A DNA stretch of 64,000 nucleotides from Polyangiales bacterium (lineage in GTDB: Bacteria > Myxococcota_A > Polyangia > Polyangiales > Ga0077539), in contig JBGARZ010000019.1 of NCBI GenBank assembly GCA_044229975.1, positions 53,205 to 117,204 on the forward strand, in the 5' to 3' direction. This document shows, one piece after another, positions 57,727 to 64,000 of the stretch. The position numbers and the translations under genes are program-made. Below the pieces are notes generated by a model. The model was not told where the DNA came from, searched no databases, and saw nothing but the letters and a program-made list of their open reading frames with translations. How positions within the stretch are numbered: position 1 is the first letter of the stretch; the number at the start of each line of letters is the position of its first letter.

Positions 57727-59589
57727 TCACCACCCGAACTCCACCGAGGCGCTGAAGAGTCGCAGTGGAGTGTCCGCGCCGCGTTGGACCTCCTGCCATC
57801 CGAGGCCCGCCAGGATGCCGCCGACGTGGATGAAGCCTTCGAGCCGGTACGACGCCGCCGTGAAGGTCGAGCGGTTCTCCGCGTAGACCCAGCCCGGCGT
57901 GTAGAGCACCCGCGCGACGCCGCGCACCGAACGCCCGATGGAGACCTGCGCCCCGACGGCGGCATCGGCGTGTGCGGCCACCTCGCTGCGCCACGTCCCG
58001 ATGTCCGCGCCGAGGCCGAGCATCGGGCTCACCCGCACCAGCGCCGGGCCGAAGTCGGCGACGTTGACCATGAAGCCCGCGCCGCCGGTGAAGCCGTTGA
58101 AGGTCGAGGCCTGCGGCGAGTCATCGATGACGCCGGCCAGTCGCAGTTGGAAGTGAACGCGCGAGGGCGTCGGGCGCGCCATGCACGCGCCGTTGCTGCA
58201 CATGTTGCCGGCGCCGCAGGCCGCGTCGTTCTGGCAGAGGTTGGGGGCCACGCAGACGCCGGTGTTGAGCGAGCACGCGAGGCCGGGCGCGCAAGGGTCG
58301 CCCATGCAGCACGCCTGCCCGAGGCCGCCGCAGATCGATCGGTGCTCGATCATGTCCATCGCCGACAGAACGTCGTGCGCGAAGGGGTAGTGGCGTCGCA
58401 CCGTCGGGTCGTCGGCCTGCGCCTGCCGACAGAGCGACACCATCAACTGGAACATCCCCGTCACGCGGCGCTGGTCGTCGGGCGGGAGCTGGTCGACCTC
58501 GGCGACGGCGCGGTCCTCCAGCATGATCATCACCATGTTCCAGAGGTTGGCGGCGATGAGCACGCGCACCGGGGGCGTGGTGGCGCGCCGCGAGAGCTGC
58601 TCCAGGTGGCGGTTGACGTTCTCGTCGAACATCAGCCCCCAGGAGCCCGCCCGCACGATGTCGGTCACGAGCTGCGCGACCTCCTGCACCGACGCGACCT
58701 GATCGGCGGGGAAGGCCTCGACGGGCGCGGCCGTGAGCTGCCCGCGCGCGGCGTTGAGCACCGTCTGGATCGGCTCGATGAGGGTGATGCCCTGCGCGCC
58801 GTGGGTGGGGTCGGCGCCCTGGCTGACCACCCCGAGGAGGTGGCCGTCCGCGTCGATGATGGGGCCGCCCGAGTTGCCCGGGTTGAGCGACATGGCGAGC
58901 TGCACGCGGCCGTCGTCGTTGACGCGGCTCACCTCGCCAGAGGTCGCAGCGGGCGTGCGCTCGCGCGCCTCCAACGGGTAGCCCGAGGCGGAGACGCGCT
59001 GGAGCATCTGGAGCGGCGGCGCGGTGGCGGGGAGCTCGACGAAGTCGGTGAAGGTTCCGGGCACCGAGAGGAAGGCCACGTCGTGGTCGCGGTCGACGAA
59101 GAGCACCCGCGCGGGGAGCGCCTGCGCGGCGCCGGGGAGCAGCACCGCGAGCACGTCGGCGTTGGTCACGACGTGGCGCGCCGTGAGCACGATGCCGTCG
59201 CCGCGGACCATCACCCCGCTGCCGTGCGAGACGTCGGGGACGGCGACCAGACGAACGCGCCCCGATCGGTCGCCGCGCACCTGATCGGACGAGACGCCGT
59301 GCAGGGCGACGATGCGAACGGTGGCCCGATCGATGGGGCGCAGGGCCATCACCGCGGGCGAAGGAACGGGCGCGTCCGAGATGGGCGGATTGACGGCGTA
59401 GACCTGAGTCACGACGGCGGGAGTGGTCGGCGCGGAAGCGGGGGGCGTCGCGGCGGGGGTTGCGGGGGCAGGCTGCCGTCGCGGCGCAGGCGGTCGTCGC
59501 GGTTGGGCCGACGCGAGCACGGGCGCGAGGGCGACGCACAGCGCCACCCGGAGGGTCAGCGACCGAGAAGCCGCACGAAGGAGACGCAT
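57727..59589 (-). CDS. Trypsin-like (S1/DegP-type) serine protease fused to Cys-rich linker and C-terminal beta-barrel-like module
   Basis: ATG 59589 with signal MRLLRAASRSLTLRVALCVALAPVLASAQ. Catalytic triad contexts TARHVV, DRDHDVAFL and NPGNSGGPII. Cys cluster CGGLGQACCMGDPCAPGLAC...CSNGAC. Ends SASVEFGW. Confidence 0.8.
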   Translation of the reverse strand: MRLLRAASRSLTLRVALCVALAPVLASAQPRRPPAPRRQPAPATPAATPPASAPTTPAVVTQVYAVNPPISDAPVPSPAVMALRPIDRATVRIVALHGVSSDQVRGDRSGRVRLVAVPDVSHGSGVMVRGDGIVLTARHVVTNADVLAVLLPGAAQALPARVLFVDRDHDVAFLSVPGTFTDFVELPATAPPLQMLQRVSASGYPLEARERTPAATSGEVSRVNDDGRVQLAMSLNPGNSGGPIIDADGHLLGVVSQGADPTHGAQGITLIEPIQTVLNAARGQLTAAPVEAFPADQVASVQEVAQLVTDIVRAGSWGLMFDENVNRHLEQLSRRATTPPVRVLIAANLWNMVMIMLEDRAVAEVDQLPPDDQRRVTGMFQLMVSLCRQAQADDPTVRRHYPFAHDVLSAMDMIEHRSICGGLGQACCMGDPCAPGLACSLNTGVCVAPNLCQNDAACGAGNMCSNGACMARPTPSRVHFQLRLAGVIDDSPQASTFNGFTGGAGFMVNVADFGPALVRVSPMLGLGADIGTWRSEVAAHADAAVGAQVSIGRSVRGVARVLYTPGWVYAENRSTFTAASYRLEGFIHVGGILAGLGWQEVQRGADTPLRLFSASVEFGW

Positions 59590-59728
59590 GGACACCTCTG
59601 CAGACGCGCCCCGAGATGAGGCCCCGTTCCCGCGTGAGATGTCGTTACTTCAACGCAGAGCGACGGGTCAACCCGTCGGGGAGCTCGGTAGTGTCCTTGG
59701 TTGAGGCCCAGTGTCCCACGTTGAGAGT

Positions 59729-59979
59729 CCGCGTCGCTCACGCCGGAGTTCACCGTGCCGTCCCCGCGCTCACCGCGCTCGGTTCACTCCGGGCTATTTC
59801 ACGCGGATCGCCCCGCCCGAAGCGGGGCTCAGGCGGCTCTTGCTGCGGTGGTGGGTTCGCCCAGGATCGGATTCACGGAGCCCCGCTCCGGGCGGGGCGA
59901 TCCGCGTGAAATAGCCCGGAGTGAACCGAGCGCGGTGAGCGCGGGGACGGCACGGTGAACTCCGGTGTGAGCGACGCGG
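59729..59979. repeat. ~250-bp near-perfect palindrome (88-bp arms, 87/88 complementary, plus inner stem extension; ~47-nt central loop)
   Basis: 59731-59818 is the reverse complement of 59890-59977 except one G:T position (59742/59966). Pairing continues inward to about 59830/59878 with one mismatch. Confidence 0.9.
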
Positions 59980-60039
59980 GTGTCCTGCTTTGACGGGCGC
60001 ACGAGAGTCAGTGTCGCAACGCGGACACCACCGCAAGTT

Positions 60040-63000
60040 CTACTCCTGCCCGCGTCGCCGCCTGCGTCGCGTCGCGCCCATCGCCACCACCGCCAGCGTC
60101 ATCCACAGCCCGCCGTTCGCTCCGTTGGGCGCCTGCGTCCTGCATCCGCAGCCGTCGCTTCCGCCCGGTGCCGTGCCGCCGTCCGCCACCGCGCCCGCGT
60201 CGTCCGTCGCGCCCGCGTCGTCGGTCGTGCCCGCGTCCGTCGTCCCGACATCCGTCGCGCCCGCGTCTGTCGTCCCGACGTCCGTCGTCGCCACGTCCGT
60301 CGCTGCGTCCACGGCCGCGTCCGTCGTGCCTGCGTCCGGGTCCTCCGACGGCCACATGAAAGTCCCCATCGCCGATCCCGTTCGGTCGGCCACGTCGCGC
60401 GCTTCGACCGTCACCGTCCACGCGCCCGGCGTGGTCACGGCCGCCCGCGCGTCCCAGGTGGTGTCGATCACCGCCACGGTGCCCGTGAGCGGCCCCGTCG
60501 TGCGGTACGCCTCCGTGCCCGAGGGCGACAGCACCCGCAGCGTGTAGCCGCGCAGGTCGGTCGCGTCGCGCGCCATCGCCGTGATCGCCACCTGCCGCGG
60601 CGAGAGCATCGGCACCGCGCGCACGTCCATCACCACGGGCGGGCTGCTGTCGACGATCTGCACCGGCGCCGTCAGCACGAGGTCCGCGCGCGCCGCGCCG
60701 GGCGCCTGGGCGCTGATCTCCACCACGTAGCGCAGGCCCGGCGTGAAGATGCCCGACGCGATCCAGGTGACCGTGGCCGCGCCCAACGCGTGCGTCACCG
60801 GCGCCCACGGAACCACCGGCGAGCCGTTTACCGTCAGCACCCGCGCGCGGTACTCGCTGTTGCGCAGCGCCGACGGGTCGTCCCAGGCCGCGCCCAGCAC
60901 CCGCACCGACTCCGAGGTCGTCACCGCCACGTCGGGCATCGGAATCGTCGCTACGCCGCCCGTCACCGACACCGCCACCACCCGCGGGTTGCGGATCACC
61001 GGGTCTGTCGATGATCCCGCGAGCGCCGTGACGTAGCCGTCGCCGGTCGGAACCATCAACCCCAGCGACCCATCACCGTCGACGTCCGCCACGATGGGCG
61101 AGCCCACTGCCGTCTGGAAGTTGTACGAAAACTCCAGCGCCCCGGTCTCCGCCGCGAGCACGTAGAGGTACCCGTCGTCCGACCCCACGATGAACTCGTC
61201 GCGCAGGTCGCCGTCGATGTCCGCCGTCGCCGCGTCGCTCAACGCGCGACCGCCCGCGCAGTCTCCCGAGGACGTCCCCGTGACCGTGTCCGCCCGCCCG
61301 TTGCGCAAGCACCGCGCCCACCGCAGCGGGAGCGTCGCGTCGGTGCGCGTCGTCGGCTCCAGCGCGTAGAACACCCCGCTCGACGACCCGAAGCCGAAGC
61401 CCACCGGGTCGGTCGCGCCGTGTGCCGCGGGCATCGCGTACGAGGCCGCCGCGCCCGTCGCGACGAGCGTCCCTTCGGAGAACTCCGCGTGTGTCCACGC
61501 CGCCACGCTGGTCGCCCGAGTCGCCGACGGGACCACGTTGTGCAGCGACGCACCCTGACCGCCGAAGAAGCCGATGCCCGAGAGCAGCGAGCGCGTGAGC
61601 GACAGGTCGAAGGTGCCAAACACCGGCCAGCCGTAGGCGATGCCGCGGGTGATGGTCGACCCTGGTGCCGTCACCGCGCGGTTGTCGCCCTGGTAGAGGA
61701 GCTGCGCCGCGCCCGCCGCGGTGCCGTCGCCCGTGCGCACGACGACGCCGGCGTTCATGGCGATGGCCACGTCGTCGCGGCCGTCGCCGTTGATGTCGGT
61801 GGTGGCGCCCGCGGCCGACCAGCAGCACGTCCCCTGTCCCGCCGTCTCCGGCGAGAACGAGTTGGCCCAGAGCAGCGGGTGGTTGCTGCCCGCCGCGCCG
61901 CGCCCGCTCACCACATTGAGAAACGACGACCCGCAGCAGGTGAGCTGCCCGTTGGAGAGCAGCCCGTCGAAGGAGACGGCGATGTCGGCGGTGCCGTCGC
62001 CGTTCACGTCACCGACGCTCGGGGGGTAGTGGTTGAAGCGGCCGTTGGGCGGCAGGGTGATCGGGTCGGAGCGCCACAGCTCCGTCGGGCCGAGCGCGTT
62101 GATGGCGGCAAAGTACGGGAGCGTACCAAGGTGATTGGCGACGATGACCCGCAGCGCCATGTCGTCGCCGCGCACCACGAGCGGGTACTGGGTCGTTCCG
62201 CCGAAGTAGCGCGCGGTCGCGGTGGGCGCGCGCACGAGGCTGGCGTCGTCGGTGGGCACCACGCTGAGGGCGCCGTCGCTCTCGGTGGTCACGAGGTCCA
62301 TGCGCCGCGGGTTGGTGCCCGCGAGCTGGGCCGCCGCGATGCTCGCGATGAACCCGCCCGACGTCACCACGCCCATGTTGCCGATGGTGGTCGGGGGCGG
62401 TCCGAAGCGGAGGTTGAAGATCTTGAAGGTTCCGTCGCTGTCGCTCACCACGATGGCGTCGGGCGCCGTCAGTCGCGGCGCCGTGCGAGCGAGCCCGAGC
62501 GGTCGCGCCTGTCGTCCGCGCGCGAAGGAGTAGGTCGCCTGCGGGGCGCCCGTGACCGCGTCGACGAAGACCAGCCCGGTGGGTCGACCGACGGCCGTCG
62601 ACGAGGGGTCGCCCTGGTAGAGCAGGAGCTGCCGACCCGTTCCCGATGGGATCAGCAGCGGGACGTTGGTGCGTGGCGTGAGGCCCGGCCGGTCGCGCTC
62701 GACGACGCCCGCGAGCCCGGCGTTGGGGACCTCCCAGAGCCGCGCGAGGGTTGTCCGCTCGGTGGCGCTGTCGAAGGTCACCCCGTAGGCCGAGATGCTC
62801 GTCACCCGCGGCACGTCGTACTCGTTGCCCGCGCTCTGCGTGAGGATCTCGGGTCGCCCATCACCCGTCACGTCGACGGTGGCGAGCGCGACGCGGTCGG
62901 CGATCTCGGTGACGAGCACGCCGGTGATCGGGTTGTAGAGCGCCATGTGCCACCGCCTGACGCCCGCCGGGTCGTTGACGCCGTCGAGGTCGCTGCACGT

Positions 63001-64000
63001 CGACGAAGGGAAGGCGCGCACCTCGCAGTCGTGCGAGTCGAAGACGTTGACCACGAGGTAGCCGGGCAGACCGTCGGCGGCGAGGTAGGGGCTCTCGGGG
63101 GAGGACACGTTGCGCGCATCCCCGACGCCCGCGGCGACACCACCAGCGCCGCGCGCGGCGTACACGACGCCCCACGAGCGGGAGGCGGTGGCGTCAGCGT
63201 CGACGAGGGCGAACTCACCGGGGCTCACCACGAAGGCCGCGTCGCGCGTGGCGCCGGGGAAGCGCACGGCCGCGGTGGCGAGCAGGCCCGTGATGACCGG
63301 GGCGCCGTCGTGGGAGCCGTTGGGGAGGACGGTTCCGCGGAGGGCGGTGTCGTCGGCGCCAGAGTGGAGGCGGGTCGCGCCGGAGCCGATCTGTTGCACC
63401 GCGACGTCGAGGCGGGCGTCGCCGTTGTAGTCGCCGAGCCCGAGGTGCGGAAACCAGTGGGTGGACGGCGTCACGCCGACGGGGAAGCGCCAGGCGTCGA
63501 CGGCGTCGGCGTAGGTTCCGGGGAAGGTGAAGGCGTGGACGATGGCCTCGCCACCGGACACGCGAAGCACGACGGCGGGGCGGCCGGCGGGGGTTCCGCT
63601 GCCGTCGGTGTTGAGGTCGGCGACGCGGGCGTTTTGCGCGTCGACGGACTGGCCGCGGTTGACGAGCTGCGCGGGGTCGTTGAAGTCCTCGCGCGACCAG
63701 CGGACGGTGCCGTCGCGGCTGTCGACGAGGTAGACGCCCGCGGGCGGCCCCGAGCGCACCGCGACGATGACGGGGTACCCGAGTCCCGCGAGGTCGCGGA
63801 AGCCCACGATGGACGTGAGCCCGAGCGGAACGGAGTCCCACAGCACGCGGTCTTGCAGGTCGCGGGCGACGAGCTTGCCGCCGACGATGGCGACGACCTC
63901 ATCGACGCCATCGCCGTTGACGTCGGCCACCATGGCGGCCGCGGGCGCGACGTTGCCGCCGACGTAGTACGACCATCGCGTGCTGCGGGTGGCGTCGAGG
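60040..64000 (-). CDS. Giant FG-GAP/VCBS-repeat (integrin-alpha-like beta-propeller) surface protein with MYXO-CTERM-like tail; 5' end beyond right window edge
   Basis: The reading frame stays open upstream of the ORF-track Met (63933) to the window end. Repeated DxNGDGxxD motifs (ADVNGDGVDEVV, GDVNGDGTADIAV, TDINGDGRDDVAIA, ADVDGDGSLGLMV). Confidence 0.85.
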   Translation of the reverse strand, partial: LDATRSTRWSYYVGGNVAPAAAMVADVNGDGVDEVVAIVGGKLVARDLQDRVLWDSVPLGLTSIVGFRDLAGLGYPVIVAVRSGPPAGVYLVDSRDGTVRWSREDFNDPAQLVNRGQSVDAQNARVADLNTDGSGTPAGRPAVVLRVSGGEAIVHAFTFPGTYADAVDAWRFPVGVTPSTHWFPHLGLGDYNGDARLDVAVQQIGSGATRLHSGADDTALRGTVLPNGSHDGAPVITGLLATAAVRFPGATRDAAFVVSPGEFALVDADATASRSWGVVYAARGAGGVAAGVGDARNVSSPESPYLAADGLPGYLVVNVFDSHDCEVRAFPSSTCSDLDGVNDPAGVRRWHMALYNPITGVLVTEIADRVALATVDVTGDGRPEILTQSAGNEYDVPRVTSISAYGVTFDSATERTTLARLWEVPNAGLAGVVERDRPGLTPRTNVPLLIPSGTGRQLLLYQGDPSSTAVGRPTGLVFVDAVTGAPQATYSFARGRQARPLGLARTAPRLTAPDAIVVSDSDGTFKIFNLRFGPPPTTIGNMGVVTSGGFIASIAAAQLAGTNPRRMDLVTTESDGALSVVPTDDASLVRAPTATARYFGGTTQYPLVVRGDDMALRVIVANHLGTLPYFAAINALGPTELWRSDPITLPPNGRFNHYPPSVGDVNGDGTADIAVSFDGLLSNGQLTCCGSSFLNVVSGRGAAGSNHPLLWANSFSPETAGQGTCCWSAAGATTDINGDGRDDVAIAMNAGVVVRTGDGTAAGAAQLLYQGDNRAVTAPGSTITRGIAYGWPVFGTFDLSLTRSLLSGIGFFGGQGASLHNVVPSATRATSVAAWTHAEFSEGTLVATGAAASYAMPAAHGATDPVGFGFGSSSGVFYALEPTTRTDATLPLRWARCLRNGRADTVTGTSSGDCAGGRALSDAATADIDGDLRDEFIVGSDDGYLYVLAAETGALEFSYNFQTAVGSPIVADVDGDGSLGLMVPTGDGYVTALAGSSTDPVIRNPRVVAVSVTGGVATIPMPDVAVTTSESVRVLGAAWDDPSALRNSEYRARVLTVNGSPVVPWAPVTHALGAATVTWIASGIFTPGLRYVVEISAQAPGAARADLVLTAPVQIVDSSPPVVMDVRAVPMLSPRQVAITAMARDATDLRGYTLRVLSPSGTEAYRTTGPLTGTVAVIDTTWDARAAVTTPGAWTVTVEARDVADRTGSAMGTFMWPSEDPDAGTTDAAVDAATDVATTDVGTTDAGATDVGTTDAGTTDDAGATDDAGAVADGGTAPGGSDGCGCRTQAPNGANGGLWMTLAVVAMGATRRRRRRGQE
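60043..60165 (-). other. MYXO-CTERM-like C-terminal sorting tag
   Basis: GGSDGCGCRTQAPNGANGGLWMTLAVVAMGATRRRRRRGQE: a GCGC motif, a hydrophobic helix and a poly-Arg end. Confidence 0.7.
60188..60338. repeat. In-frame 15/18-bp tandem repeats encoding (T/A)TD(V/A)G units
   Basis: gcgcccgcgtcgtccgtc / gtcccgacatccgtc-type units. Minus-strand translation DAATDVATTDVGTTDAGATDVGTTDAGTTDDAGATDDAGAV. Confidence 0.8.

Noticed and set aside
59729-59979. A retron msr/msd-like locus, considered because myxobacteria are the classical retron hosts and msDNA forms a long hairpin.
   Set aside because: No reverse-transcriptase gene or any unassigned ORF lies adjacent. The flanks are a protease operon and an FG-GAP gene. 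I also cannot identify the a1/a2 plus branching-G layout.
59711-60036. Small ORFs 59711..59914 (+), 59755..59958 (+) and 59794..60036 (-), which encode nearly identical peptides on both strands.
   Set aside because: These are mirror-image translations of the ~250-bp palindrome. Identical peptides on both strands are expected from the symmetry and are not evidence of coding.

Overview
Very GC-rich (by eye well above two-thirds G+C; not computed), gene-dense chromosomal segment. I support about 50 protein-coding genes and see no rRNA, tRNA, CRISPR array, transposase or integrase. Most ORFs in the supplied track are Arg/Ala/Gly/Pro-rich shadow ORFs on the wrong strand or frame. Many real genes also carry spurious N-terminal extensions, which I trimmed to in-frame ATG/GTG/TTG starts that give sensible signal peptides or overlap the upstream stop. 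The content points to a Myxococcota chromosome (inference). It includes three Hanks-type Ser/Thr kinase genes (one predicted pseudokinase), an FHA protein and a GAF-GAF-PAS hybrid histidine kinase. It also has many lipoproteins with D/T/G/A-rich linkers, cysteine-rich repeat proteins, and a giant FG-GAP protein ending in a MYXO-CTERM-like tail. Housekeeping genes are glnN (type III glutamine synthetase), an agmatinase-family gene, ggt, panB and panC. An exbB-exbD-tonB-receptor-lipoprotein module is also present. The items most worth a second look are listed here. (1) A translationally coupled MFS / unknown / HHxxxDG acyltransferase / ICMT methyltransferase / desaturase operon next to the sensor kinase. 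(2) A Tat-lipoprotein built of three 25-aa repeats directly upstream of a JmjC/cupin-4 oxygenase. (3) A four-Cys lipoprotein plus di-haem peroxidase pair of MbnP/MbnH type. (4) An operon encoding a trypsin-like protease with a C-terminal barrel-like module, a bacterial PSI-domain repeat protein and a lipoprotein. (5) Three unrelated long intergenic inverted-repeat elements, the largest a roughly 250-bp near-perfect palindrome. All functional calls rest on motifs read from translations. No database search was possible.
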